In this document: positions 32,703-43,094 of the stretch, in pieces | Numbering within the stretch: position 1 is the stretch's first letter | Layout: every line of letters begins with the position of its first letter | Source: an uncultured Thermoanaerobaculia bacterium | Lineage (GTDB): Bacteria > Acidobacteriota > Thermoanaerobaculia > Multivoradales > J023 | DNA length: 43,732 nt | Direction of reading: 5' to 3' | Assembly (NCBI GenBank): GCA_964565225.1 | Contig: CAZMEL010000024.1 | Location: forward strand, 1-43,732 | Position numbers and translations under genes: made by a program | The notes under the pieces: model-generated | Databases searched by the model: none | What the model saw: the letters and a program-made list of their open reading frames with translations, nothing else | What the model was told of the DNA's origin: nothing

Positions 32703-34745
32703 TCAGGTCGTTCGCGGCTCCGAGTCGGTCCGGGTGCGGTAGATCCATCCGCCGAAGCCGAGAAGAGCGAGAAGCGCCAGGGCGCCACCGAGACGAATTC
32801 CCGAGTCTTCGAAACGGATCCGGACCTCGGCACAGGTGGGTGGCACCTCGATGACCAGGTGGTGGGAAGGGGTTTCGGCGAGGGGAATCGGGCGGTCGTC
32901 GGCGTAGGCTCGGTAGGCGGCGAGAGGTGCCAGGGTGATACGGACGGGGCCGCTTCGGCCTTTGGTTTCGATCCGCACCTCGTTGGCCAGGAAGCGGGTT
33001 TCGAGGGCCTGGTAGGGAGAGTCGACGAAGGCGGCGAATGGCCAGGCGGCGGGATTCTCCCAGACGTCGATACCGTCTCGCGAGGAAAGGAGCCGGAGGA
33101 GGGGAAGGGATTCGATTCTCGAACGCAGCTCGTCTCGCGACGGCACCAGCAGGTATCGGACGCTCCACGAGCTCAGGTGCTCGAGGGCCCTCGGGTCGAG
33201 ATCCCAGCGGAAGATGTTCGAGAACTCCAGGCCCATGGCGAGGTCGAGGCGGCTGCGGGCGATCAGGGGATCGTACCCCCCGAGATGGTACGCATTGGCG
33301 AGAGAGGCGAAGTTGAAGATCAGGTAGCGGGCGATTCGCGACTCGTCGGGCGCCAGCCAGAGCGACACGACCCGCCCGGCCGACGGATCCCCGAGGCGTT
33401 CGGCGGTTTCGGCAACCAGCTCTTCGACCGTGCCGTGCAGTCGGTTGGGACCGAAGGGGCGGTCGTGAGCCGGGTCGAAGAGCACGGCCAGGTTGGTGCC
33501 GATCGCCACCGTCAGCACCAGGGCGGCGAGCCACTGGCCGTCGCGAGGTCGGCGACGCCGGACGAGCTCGCAAGCTCCGACCACCGCCACGGTGGTGAAG
33601 AAGAGGAAGAGCAGGAAGAACTTGAAGGGCCAGCGAAAGCTCGACAGGAGCGGGAGCCAGTAGGCCACGCCGTAGGCCCGGGTCGAGAACAGGAGCGCGA
33701 GGAGGGCCACGAGGCCGGCGGCCACGAAGGGGCCCGCTCCCGGTCGTCGACGCAGAAAGAAGAGAAGCAGCAGCAAGGCGAGCAGGCAGGGGGCGCCGAC
33801 ATAGAAGATCGAGGCCCCCGCCTGGTGGATGACCGGTCCGGTCGGACGCAGCATCTGGGCGTCGACGAAGCTCCCCAGCGGCATGGCGTTGGAGATGAAC
33901 TCTTCGAAGGAAAGGGAGCCGGTGCGGTAGGCGGAAAGGCTCTTGGCCTCCAGCATCGGCAGCAATACCGGGGCCGCGAGCAGACCGCAACCGAGAATCG
34001 CTACGGCGTAGGCGGCCGCGGACCGGCTCCATCGTCGGCGAGCCTCGGAATCGACGAGCCATCGGGCGCCGAGGTAGAAGAGATCGAGCAGCGCCGCCAG
34101 CACCGGATACTGGACATACCCCTGGTAGAAGTAGAGGGCCTTGACCGCCGCGAGGGCAGCGATGCGCGAGGGGGAAGGACGCCGCAACAGGCTTTCGAGA
34201 GCGAGCAGGTTGAGCGGCAGAACCATCGCCGAGTAGGTCACGACGATCCAGTTGCGCCCCACCTGGGCCAGGAAGGGAAAGGTCACCCAGAGCAGCCCTC
34301 CGCCCGCGGCGATCCAGCGCTGTGCCCCGAGCCGGTGGCGCAGGAGCGCGGACATGGCGAGGGCTCCGCCCACCAGGTGGAGAGAGGCGAGCACATCCAT
34401 GGTGTGGCGGAGATCGCCGAGGAGGGTTTGGGAGAGGCCCGCCGCGAGATAAACCGCGGGATAGAGCACTGCGGACTGGCCGCTGCCGTGGTAGAGGTAG
34501 CCGAGGTACTGGTGGAAGCTCACCAGGGGAAGCTCGCCGTGGGTGGCGAGAGTGCGCCAGTTGAAGGCGTATTGGGGCAGGAAGAAGGTCGCGTTGTCGT
34601 CCCAGAGGAAATACGAAGGAAAGACCGCCTGCAGGCCGGCGAGCCAGGCGAGAGTGGCGAGGAGCAACGCCAGGTCGGCGCTGAGATCTCGGGGCGACCA
34701 GGGGGGCGAGTCTGGATGGGCAACCGAAGTCACGACGGGTGGCAC
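32703..34745 (-). CDS. Large polytopic membrane protein (YfhO-like / GT-C-fold glycosyltransferase-like), 680 aa.
   Basis: At least 12 hydrophobic helices (LALLLATLAWLAGLQAV, VLYPAVYLAAGL, GGLLWVTFPFLAQVG, YAVAILGCGLLAAPVLLPML, APCLLALLLLLFFL, FVAAGLVALLALLF, FKFFLLFLFFTTVAVVGA, LAALVLTVAIGTNLAVLF). A C-terminal soluble region and a terminal TM (LALLALLGFGGWIY) follow. Confidence 0.5.
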   Translation of the reverse strand: MPPVVTSVAHPDSPPWSPRDLSADLALLLATLAWLAGLQAVFPSYFLWDDNATFFLPQYAFNWRTLATHGELPLVSFHQYLGYLYHGSGQSAVLYPAVYLAAGLSQTLLGDLRHTMDVLASLHLVGGALAMSALLRHRLGAQRWIAAGGGLLWVTFPFLAQVGRNWIVVTYSAMVLPLNLLALESLLRRPSPSRIAALAAVKALYFYQGYVQYPVLAALLDLFYLGARWLVDSEARRRWSRSAAAYAVAILGCGLLAAPVLLPMLEAKSLSAYRTGSLSFEEFISNAMPLGSFVDAQMLRPTGPVIHQAGASIFYVGAPCLLALLLLLFFLRRRPGAGPFVAAGLVALLALLFSTRAYGVAYWLPLLSSFRWPFKFFLLFLFFTTVAVVGACELVRRRRPRDGQWLAALVLTVAIGTNLAVLFDPAHDRPFGPNRLHGTVEELVAETAERLGDPSAGRVVSLWLAPDESRIARYLIFNFASLANAYHLGGYDPLIARSRLDLAMGLEFSNIFRWDLDPRALEHLSSWSVRYLLVPSRDELRSRIESLPLLRLLSSRDGIDVWENPAAWPFAAFVDSPYQALETRFLANEVRIETKGRSGPVRITLAPLAAYRAYADDRPIPLAETPSHHLVIEVPPTCAEVRIRFEDSGIRLGGALALLALLGFGGWIYRTRTDSEPRTT

Positions 34746-34867
34746 GGTATCTCATTTTCCAAGTTTCGTCCCGGTCCTCGGAGGATCTTTCGAACGATAT
34801 ACTCTGGTTCAGATTCATTCGAGCCGTGTAGCCTTCTCCTTCCGCGACTTCTCTGTTCGAGGTGCAA

Positions 34868-35662
<795 letters not shown>

Positions 35663-35681
35663 CTCGGGTACCGGAGACGAG

Positions 35682-37430
35682 TCAGGAAGAGAGCCGTACT
35701 TCTCCGGGCAAGACCGAGGAGCCGGAGACGCTGCGAACCTCCAGGAGATGCATCTTCGGCTCGACCGGAATCTCGAGCCGGAGGGTCTGGCCCTGGGCCA
35801 CGGGCACGGTGGTGATTCGGGCTCCATCCCAGAGGATGTCGACCACTTCTCCGGTGGCTGGCGCCTTGGCGATCACCAGCTCGAGGCCGGGTGCGGAGCG
35901 GCCCGGAAACAGCTGGAGACTCGATTCGGTCTCGGTCCCCTTCCACATCAGAGCGGTCCACTCCTCGGAAGCCAGCTTGGCCAGCTCACTCGCCGCTTCT
36001 TCCAGCTGTGCTGCGGCCTCGGAGCGTTCCTCGTCCGACGAGTCCGGAGCTGCACGTACCGCCCTGGCCAGCTCTTGCCGATGGAGCCAGTACGGGGCCT
36101 CGAGAGTGGCGAGCCGATCGACGTTCGACAGGCGCTCGGCCGCGGCCTCGAGGGCACCCGCTTCGGTCAGCTGCCGAGCTCGCCGCAAGAGAAACCGGCG
36201 CCACTGGAGCTCGGCCCGGGCTCGGCGCTCGAAGAGCTCCAGCGCCAGGGGATCGTTGCCCATCAGGGCGACCTGGGCTTCCTCTGCGGGAGCGAGATCT
36301 CCCGCGGCGTCGGCGATTCGTTTGACCGTCTGCGGTGTCAGGGTGGGGATGCCGAGACCGTCGAGCTCGAGGCTCCAGCGGAGCCAGCCCTGCAGCTGCG
36401 TGTTGGAGCTGAGGCCGCGTAGCCCTGGCGGAAAGATCTCCAGAGCCTCCACCACCAGGGGTACGAAATCCAGCTGCCGGGGTGCGCGCCGCAAGACACC
36501 GATACAGAGGGTGCGACTCTGTTCGAAGTCGCCGAGCCGTAGGCGCTCCCGTGCTTCATCGAGATCGCGACGAAATCTCGTCCGGAGCGATTCGAGCCAC
36601 CGCTGGTGGGCCTCGACGAACGCGCGCCAGTCGGGTTGCCGGCGAAACAGGGTACGCAAGTGAGCCCAGGCCGTGGGCTGATCCGGGATGATCTCGAAGG
36701 CTTCTTCGAAGCCGCGGGATCCCGGCTTCCGGGCGACCTGGAGCCACCTCGGGCTGAGGCTGGTGAACGAACGCTGGTCCTGCTCGAAGAGATCTCGAAG
36801 CAGGCTCTTGGCCTCCTGTTTCTTGGCGGGTGACAGGGCCCACCAGGTCTCCAGGTAGGCGGCCGCCAGCATCCTTCTCGGCTCCGCCTTGCCACCGGTG
36901 ACCTCGACCGCCTGCCGCAAGGGCTCTTCCCAGGCGGAGGAGGATTCGAAGAGCCGTCGATCCCGGGTGAGAGACCACTCCAGGTACCTGGACGCACCGA
37001 GGAGCATGGAAGCCTGCCAGCTGTTGGGTTGGGCTCGAAGCGCCTGGCGAGAGAGCTCTCTCGCCTCCTGCAGGCCGAGCACCTGTTCTTCGACGCTGCG
37101 AACGGGCTCGCCGTTGGCGTCGACATCCACGCTCATCACTTCGTGGACCAGGGCTCTTGCCGTGAGTAGCTGGGCGTGGTGGGCGGTGCGCTCGCGAGAG
37201 ACGCCGCGCACCGCGGTTTCGTTGAAGTCCGCAACTCCCGTGTCGACCAGCAGACCCTGGAGCTGTTCGCGATTCCCTGCCCAGCTCAGGTAGTTGGCGA
37301 TCAACGAGACGGCGAGGGCCGCACACAAGCCGAGCAGGGCGACCGTTCCCGGGTTCTGAGCGATTCGGCGCCGCGCCGTCGGCCGAGGGATGTCGTCGAG
37401 GCTCTGGTGGGTGTCTGCAGGGTGGTTCAT
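35682..37430 (-). CDS. Hypothetical membrane-anchored protein (582 aa). One N-terminal TM, then a large helical domain and a C-terminal beta-rich domain.
   Basis: I chose the start MNHPADTHQ... at 37430. TM segment is GTVALLGLCAALAVSLIANYL. I recognise no catalytic motifs. The long Arg/Glu/Leu-rich helical region resembles TPR-like solenoids. Confidence 0.45.
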   Translation of the reverse strand: MNHPADTHQSLDDIPRPTARRRIAQNPGTVALLGLCAALAVSLIANYLSWAGNREQLQGLLVDTGVADFNETAVRGVSRERTAHHAQLLTARALVHEVMSVDVDANGEPVRSVEEQVLGLQEARELSRQALRAQPNSWQASMLLGASRYLEWSLTRDRRLFESSSAWEEPLRQAVEVTGGKAEPRRMLAAAYLETWWALSPAKKQEAKSLLRDLFEQDQRSFTSLSPRWLQVARKPGSRGFEEAFEIIPDQPTAWAHLRTLFRRQPDWRAFVEAHQRWLESLRTRFRRDLDEARERLRLGDFEQSRTLCIGVLRRAPRQLDFVPLVVEALEIFPPGLRGLSSNTQLQGWLRWSLELDGLGIPTLTPQTVKRIADAAGDLAPAEEAQVALMGNDPLALELFERRARAELQWRRFLLRRARQLTEAGALEAAAERLSNVDRLATLEAPYWLHRQELARAVRAAPDSSDEERSEAAAQLEEAASELAKLASEEWTALMWKGTETESSLQLFPGRSAPGLELVIAKAPATGEVVDILWDGARITTVPVAQGQTLRLEIPVEPKMHLLEVRSVSGSSVLPGEVRLSS

Positions 37431-37492
37431 CGGCGTTTCGCAGGAGGTGGCGAAGAGCGGCTCTGGTGGAGAGCGGCTATAGTATCGTAGCC

Positions 37493-37930
37493 ATGTTCCC
37501 GGGATTCTCCTCTGCTGCCTCGCGCCGCCGTCTCGATGTCCTTGCCGCCGTTTCTTGCACGTTGGTGGTCGGCCTTTTCCTCTTTCTTCCCGGTGATAGC
37601 ATCGACGGCCTGGATGGGGGCCTGCCCTGGCCGTTTCCGGTTCCGGCGGACAAAGCAGGGCACGGAGTCTTGTTCTGGATCGAGACCCATTTCTTGTACC
37701 GGGCATTGCGCTGGCGTGCCGGAGCCCTGCCCGTCGCCGTCGCCATGTCCCTGGTCTACGCCGGGCTCAGCGAGGTGGTGCAGCTCGCGATCCCAATGCG
37801 CAGCGCCGACGCTCTAGATGTCGTGGCCGACGCTTGCGGGATTGCCGCGTATGCCGCCTTTGCTTCCTGGATCTTTCGCAGAGAAGCTAGCAAATCGGCC
37901 GCCGAAGCGGCTGAGTGGAACTACCCATGA
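37493..37930 (+). CDS. VanZ-like family membrane protein.
   Basis: Small 4-TM protein with the conserved VanZ motif region (PADKAGHGVLFW...YAGLSEVVQLAIPMRSADALDVVADACGIAA). Alternative GTG start at 37466. The stop overlaps the metF ATG (ATGA). Confidence 0.6.
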   Translation: MFPGFSSAASRRRLDVLAAVSCTLVVGLFLFLPGDSIDGLDGGLPWPFPVPADKAGHGVLFWIETHFLYRALRWRAGALPVAVAMSLVYAGLSEVVQLAIPMRSADALDVVADACGIAAYAAFASWIFRREASKSAAEAAEWNYP

Positions 37931-38874
37931 AAGTCATCGAACATCTCGAAAAGGCCTCTTCGCCACCGATCAGCTTCGAAATCATTCCGCCCTTGCGAGG
38001 TGGAGATCTCGCCGGGCTGCTGCAGCTGATCGAAGATCTCGCCCAGCACAAACCACCGTTCATCGACATCACCAGTCACGCCGCGGAGATCGTCTACGAC
38101 GAGACGTCCCAGGGCATCAAGCGGCGGGTCAAACGCAAGCGCCCGGGGACTCTCGGCGTCTGTGCGCTGATCCAGAACAAATACAACATCGACGCCGTTC
38201 CTCATGTTCTCTGCCAGGGGTTCACGCGGCAAGAGACCGAAGATTTCCTGATCGAGCTGCGGTATCTCGGGATCGACAACATCCTGGCGATCCGTGGCGA
38301 CGATCACGGGTATCGCAAGCCCCTCGACCACGGCCGGACGGTCAACCGGTACGCCGAGGATCTGGTCCGCCAGGTCAGCGACATGAACCGGGGCAAATAC
38401 CTCGAAGATCTTCTCGATGCCGATCCGACGAGCTTCTGTGTCGGAGCCTCGGCGTATCCCGAGAAACACTTCGAGGCGCCCAATCTCCAGACCGACGTCC
38501 GCTACACGAAGAAAAAGGTCGACGCGGGGGCCGACTACCTGGTGACCCAGATGTTTTTTGCCAACGAGCACTACTTCTCGTTCGTCGAAGAGTGCCGCAA
38601 GCAGGGCATCGAGGTGCCGATCATTCCTGGCCTCAAGATCATCACCAAGAAGTCGCAGCTCACCAGTATTCCGCGCAACTTCTACTGCGATCTTCCCGCC
38701 GAGCTGACCGAGGAGGTAGAGGCGGCCAAGCCGCGCCACGTGCTGGATATCGGGGTCGAATGGGCCGTGCGCCAGGCGACCGAGCTGCTCGACCGCGGGG
38801 TGCCTTCGCTGCACTTCTACATCATGCAGAGCTCCAAGGCGATCAACAAGGTTCTGCCGCGGCTCGGAGTCTGA
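37927..38874 (+). CDS. metF: 5,10-methylenetetrahydrofolate reductase.
   Basis: ISFEIIPPLRGGD...IDITSHAA...VPHVLCQGFTRQETEDFL...GIDNILAIRGD...GASAYPEKH...ADYLVTQMFF...LHFYIMQS are MetF family hallmarks (FAD-binding TIM barrel). Stop/start overlap with the next gene (TGATG). Confidence 0.85.
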   Translation: MKVIEHLEKASSPPISFEIIPPLRGGDLAGLLQLIEDLAQHKPPFIDITSHAAEIVYDETSQGIKRRVKRKRPGTLGVCALIQNKYNIDAVPHVLCQGFTRQETEDFLIELRYLGIDNILAIRGDDHGYRKPLDHGRTVNRYAEDLVRQVSDMNRGKYLEDLLDADPTSFCVGASAYPEKHFEAPNLQTDVRYTKKKVDAGADYLVTQMFFANEHYFSFVEECRKQGIEVPIIPGLKIITKKSQLTSIPRNFYCDLPAELTEEVEAAKPRHVLDIGVEWAVRQATELLDRGVPSLHFYIMQSSKAINKVLPRLGV

Positions 38875-40286
38875 TGCCCGTTCCCGGGCTCTGGCGACGG
38901 TTCGTTGTCGGAGCTCTGTTCTCGGTTCTCCTGGTGTCGGCCGTGGGTCATCCGCCGGCCCGGGCCGAGTCGGGTCGCCCTCGTGGGGTCGAGGCTCGAT
39001 TCGCGGTCCGCGGGGATCGGATCCTCGTCGACGAGCAGGCGGATGTTCTGATGACTCCCGCCTCGGTGACCAAGCTGGTGCTGGCCACGACGCTTCTCCA
39101 CCATCTCGGGCCCGAGCACCGTCTGCGGACGCGCCTGTGGGGCGGCTCGAGGCCCGTCGAGGGAGTGCTCGCCGGAGACCTGGTGGTGCAGCCCGCCGGA
39201 GATCCCTCGTGGAGCTGGCCGGATTCCGAGGCTTCACCCGTCGAGATCACGAGGCTGGCCCGTCGCCTGCGAGAAGCGGGAATTCGTCGGGTTGCCGGCG
39301 ATCTCGTCGTCGACTCGGCTCGTTTCCCCGGGCGGTCTCTGCCGCCGAGCCGCGCGCTCTCGGAGGCTCCGTTCGCGTACGGAGCACCCACGTCCGGCCT
39401 CGCCATCGGTGGCAACTCGGTGACTGTGGAAATCGCCCCGGGTGCCCGAGCAGGGGAACCGGGGAAGGTCCGCCTGCTCGAGCCGGCCCGCGGTCTGCGA
39501 GTGGAGAGCCAGATCCGAACCGTGGGCCCGGAACGCCACGAGAAGGGGACGGTGGACTTCTTTCCCGTCTGGGGAACCTCTCGGATCCTGGCCGGCGGGG
39601 AGTATCCCGTGAGCGAGCCCGCCTACCGGATCGAGCTCAGCGTTCCCGATCCCGACCTGCGAGCGGCGCGAGCGTTGCACGAGGCTCTGCGGAATGCGGG
39701 GGTCGAGATCGAAGGCGAGGCACGGCTGGGCGAGGGTTTGCCGCCGACAGCGGTGGAGCTGGCGTTCCTGGATTCGCCCCCGGTGGCCGAGATGTTGCGG
39801 TCGGTCCTGACCGACAGCGACAACTGGACGGCGGAGATGTTGCTGCGCGCCCTGGCGGCGGAGCTTCGCGGGGAGGGACGTAGCGATACCGGGCTCGAGA
39901 TCGAGCGCCGGTTTCTCGAAGAGATCGTTGGTCTGCCGGCCGGCTCGTTCGAGCTCGACGACGCCTCGGGCCTCTCGCCCTACAACCTGCTCACCCCCCG
40001 GGCGACGGTCGAGCTCCTGCGATTCGGCTGGCACCAGGTCTGGCGCGAGAGCCTGCGGGCGGCCCTGGCTTCACCGGGCCGCGGGACCCTGGCCATCTGG
40101 GGAGCTCTGCCCGAGCTGCGGGCGAAGACGGGAACCCTACGCCACACCGTGGCCCTGGCGGGATGGATCCCTCCGGCGAGACCGGAAGGCGAGCCGGTGT
40201 TCTTCGCCGGTTTCCTCAACCACCGGCCGGGAGATCGAGGGGATCTGCGGGCGGAGCTGCGCCGTTTCGTGCACTCGCTGCACTAG
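38874..40286 (+). CDS. dacB: D-alanyl-D-alanine carboxypeptidase/endopeptidase (PBP4-like, peptidase S13).
   Basis: Signal peptide (LWRRFVVGALFSVLLVSAVG). Active-site SxxK (PASVTKLV). Downstream SDN-like motif (LTDSDNWTAEMLLRAL). KTG triad (ELRAKTGTL). All characteristic of S13/PBP4. Confidence 0.75.
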   Translation: MPVPGLWRRFVVGALFSVLLVSAVGHPPARAESGRPRGVEARFAVRGDRILVDEQADVLMTPASVTKLVLATTLLHHLGPEHRLRTRLWGGSRPVEGVLAGDLVVQPAGDPSWSWPDSEASPVEITRLARRLREAGIRRVAGDLVVDSARFPGRSLPPSRALSEAPFAYGAPTSGLAIGGNSVTVEIAPGARAGEPGKVRLLEPARGLRVESQIRTVGPERHEKGTVDFFPVWGTSRILAGGEYPVSEPAYRIELSVPDPDLRAARALHEALRNAGVEIEGEARLGEGLPPTAVELAFLDSPPVAEMLRSVLTDSDNWTAEMLLRALAAELRGEGRSDTGLEIERRFLEEIVGLPAGSFELDDASGLSPYNLLTPRATVELLRFGWHQVWRESLRAALASPGRGTLAIWGALPELRAKTGTLRHTVALAGWIPPARPEGEPVFFAGFLNHRPGDRGDLRAELRRFVHSLH

Positions 40287-41409
40287 CGGCCGCGAAATCG
40301 ATCGTCTCCGCCAGGTAGTGGGCGATGTGGCGGTTGCCCTCCACGGAGTAGTGGCCGCCTTCGAGGCCCTTGGTGAAGAGCACTCGAACGGCGTCCTCGG
40401 TGAGGTCTCCGGTGACCAGAAGCGGGAAGTGGCACTGGAGACCGGCTCGCTCACACATCTTGCGGGTCGATCGGACGCTCTTGGGCAGGATGTCGTGTTT
40501 GCGAAAGGCCTCTACCTCCCAGACCACGGGGAAGTGGATCACGTGCAGATCCGCGCCGGCCGCCTCGGCCTGCTCCTGGAGACGGCGCAAGATCAGCTCG
40601 AAGATTCGCTGGGGCTCTTCGAGCTCCCACAGGCGGTCGCGGGTCTGGCCGTGGCGGGCGAAGGTCCAGAATCCCTTCTCGAAGAAGAGACGCAAGTGAG
40701 GAAATCCACGTTTGGGCATGGAGCGCGGGTTGTACCACCAGTCGTTGGCGCCGATCTCTTCGATCCATCGAGGGTCCTGTAGCCCGGCGCGCAGCTCCTC
40801 GGTGGTAGAGGCGGGATTGGGCAGGAGCTCGAGGGAATCGTCGCGCAGCAGGAAGCGGGGCTTGGTGAGGCTCAGGGTTTGCTGCGGGTAGAGGAACCGC
40901 CAGTACACGCTGACATTGCGCTCGATGTCGTTGGTGATGAAGCCGAAGAGCACCACCGGCGTCGGGCGTTTGGGGAACATCTGCTCGAAGCGGAGCAATG
41001 CCTGGTCGGTACCGTAGGCGCCGCCACCGAAGTTGAGCACGTCGGCATCGATCAATGCCCCGAGCTGCTCCGCCCAGCTCTCGGTATGGGCCACCTCGTC
41101 GGCATGGGTGAAGGAGTCGCCGTAGGCGCTGACCAGTGGTCGGCCGCGATCCACCGCTCGCGGTCGCTCTCCGTACGGCGTGGCGTAGCGATTCTTCCAG
41201 CCGAGCTCGGCGTCGAAGATCGACGCGGCAAATTCGAGGTCTTTGTCCTCCGCCAGGTAACGGGTCGGATCGGGCAGGGGAATGCGATCGCCGTAGACGG
41301 CGAAGAAGATCGCGGCAATACCTTCCACCCCCCCGAAGATCAGCAGAATCATGAGGGCCGCGAAGCGGAAAGAGGGTGCCGGAGGGCTGGAAGCTGCGGG
41401 GGTGTGCAT
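40216..41409 (-). CDS. Membrane-anchored SGNH/GDSL-family hydrolase (AlgX/AlgJ-like fold possible).
   Basis: N-terminal TM (FRFAALMILLIFGGVEGIAAIFFAVYG). GDS(L)-like nucleophile block VSAYGDSFTHADE. The later regions are compatible with SGNH blocks. I chose the ATG at 41409. The 3' end overlaps dacB convergently by 71 bp. Confidence 0.55.
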   Translation of the reverse strand: MHTPAASSPPAPSFRFAALMILLIFGGVEGIAAIFFAVYGDRIPLPDPTRYLAEDKDLEFAASIFDAELGWKNRYATPYGERPRAVDRGRPLVSAYGDSFTHADEVAHTESWAEQLGALIDADVLNFGGGAYGTDQALLRFEQMFPKRPTPVVLFGFITNDIERNVSVYWRFLYPQQTLSLTKPRFLLRDDSLELLPNPASTTEELRAGLQDPRWIEEIGANDWWYNPRSMPKRGFPHLRLFFEKGFWTFARHGQTRDRLWELEEPQRIFELILRRLQEQAEAAGADLHVIHFPVVWEVEAFRKHDILPKSVRSTRKMCERAGLQCHFPLLVTGDLTEDAVRVLFTKGLEGGHYSVEGNRHIAHYLAETIDFAAASAASARNGAAPPADPLDLPAGG

Positions 41410-41636
41410 GGGCTCGGGAATTTTTCGGCTCCCAATCGGGTTCGAGTGGTTGGTCGGCGGCTCTTGCCGCGAGACGGCGCTTAGGTTACTCTTGCCGGCT
41501 CTCGGGCACAATGTGCCGATCGGCTCCGGATCTCCCGGGGCGACTTCGTGCGACGGTCCGATCGGGACCGCACAACCACCACACGGGGTGGATCCGGCTC
41601 GAAGGAGCGACGCCCTCTCCGTGAAGGAGCAAGATC

Positions 41637-41849
41637 ATGAAATCCGACCTTCATCCCGGGCTCAATCTCATCGATGTGGTCTGCGCCTGTGGCAACACCT
41701 TCCAGACCCACTCGACCCTGGAAGAGCTTCGTCTCGAGATCTGCAGTGCCTGCCATCCGTTCTTCACCGGCAAGCAGAAGCTGGTCGATACCGCCGGACG
41801 CGTGGAGCGCTTCAAGCGTCGCTACGGCCTCAAAGAAAAAGAAGCCTAG
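41637..41849 (+). CDS. rpmE: 50S ribosomal protein L31 (zinc-ribbon type).
   Basis: [64 protein letters not shown] carries the CxC...CxxCHPFFTG zinc-binding signature. AAGGAG RBS 7 nt upstream. Confidence 0.9.
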   Translation: MKSDLHPGLNLIDVVCACGNTFQTHSTLEELRLEICSACHPFFTGKQKLVDTAGRVERFKRRYGLKEKEA

Positions 41850-42014
41850 CCCCCTCGGTCGTCCGACGTTTCGGGAGCGTGGCGCTCTGGCAGATTGCCG
41901 CGGCGCCTCCTCCCGACACCCAGCGCCGGCCTCGGGGCCACACATCCTTCGGTCGGAGCTCGGGCCCGAAGCCTTCTGAATCGCCACCGTGGCGCAGGAA
42001 ACGGACTCCGACCG

Positions 42015-43094
42015 ATGTTCGAAAAGCTCGCCGAGCTCGAAAAGACCCACGACGATCTCACCCTTCGCCTCGCCGATCCCGAGGTGCTGGCGCAGCCCGC
42101 GGTCTACCGTGAGACCAACAAGGCTCTCGCGGAGATCTCCCACGTCGTCTCTCTCTATCGCCAGTACAAGAAACTCGATACCGAGCTCCGGGAAGCCGAC
42201 GAGCTGCTGCAGACCCTGCCCAAGAGCGACGAGCTCTACGAGATGGCGCGGGAGGAGAAAGAAGGGTTGGGCCAGCAGCTGGCCGAGCTCGACGAAGAGA
42301 TCCAGCAGGAGCTGATTCCCAAGGATCCCAACGACGAGCGCAACGTGGTTCTCGAGATCCGTGCCGGTACCGGTGGCGACGAGGCCACCCTCTTCGCCGC
42401 CGAGCTCTTCCGTATGTACGGGCGGTATGCCGAGCAGCGGGGCTGGCGGGTGAACATCCTCGATCTCTCCGAATCGGAAGCTGGCGGCATCAAGGATGTC
42501 GAGGCGATCGTCGAGGGGCGGGGCGCGTTTTCCCGGCTCAAGTTCGAAGGCGGCGTGCACCGCGTCCAGCGAGTGCCACAGACCGAAGCCTCGGGCCGGA
42601 TCCACACCTCTGCGGTCACGGTGGCGGTGCTACCCGAAGCCGAAGAGGTCGAGGTCGGGGTCGACGAGAAAGATCTGCGGATCGATCGTTACTGTTCTTC
42701 CGGGCCTGGTGGCCAGGGGGTGAACACCACCTACTCCGCGGTGCGCCTGACCCATATCCCCACCGGTCTGGTGGTCCAGTGCCAGGACGAGCGGAGCCAG
42801 ATCAAGAACAAGGCCAAGGCCCTGCGGGTCCTGAAGTCGCGCCTTCTGCAGCTCGAGGAGGAGAAGGCCCATGCCGAGCTCAGCGCCGAGCGCAAACGAA
42901 TGGTCGGGAGCGGGGATCGGTCGGAGAAGATCCGCACCTATAACTTTCCCCAGAACCGGATCACGGACCACCGGGTAGGGCTGACCCTACACCAGCTGCC
43001 GGCGATCCTGGAAGGAGGGCTCGACCCCCTGATCGATCCTCTGGTGAGCCACTTCCAGGCCCAGAGAATGCAGGAAGATGCAGCCGGTACTTGA
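42015..43094 (+). CDS. prfA: Peptide chain release factor 1.
   Basis: Universal GGQ motif ([26 protein letters not shown]) and the RF1-type anticodon-like tripeptide region ([26 protein letters not shown]). Full-length 359 aa. Confidence 0.9.
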   Translation: MFEKLAELEKTHDDLTLRLADPEVLAQPAVYRETNKALAEISHVVSLYRQYKKLDTELREADELLQTLPKSDELYEMAREEKEGLGQQLAELDEEIQQELIPKDPNDERNVVLEIRAGTGGDEATLFAAELFRMYGRYAEQRGWRVNILDLSESEAGGIKDVEAIVEGRGAFSRLKFEGGVHRVQRVPQTEASGRIHTSAVTVAVLPEAEEVEVGVDEKDLRIDRYCSSGPGGQGVNTTYSAVRLTHIPTGLVVQCQDERSQIKNKAKALRVLKSRLLQLEEEKAHAELSAERKRMVGSGDRSEKIRTYNFPQNRITDHRVGLTLHQLPAILEGGLDPLIDPLVSHFQAQRMQEDAAGT

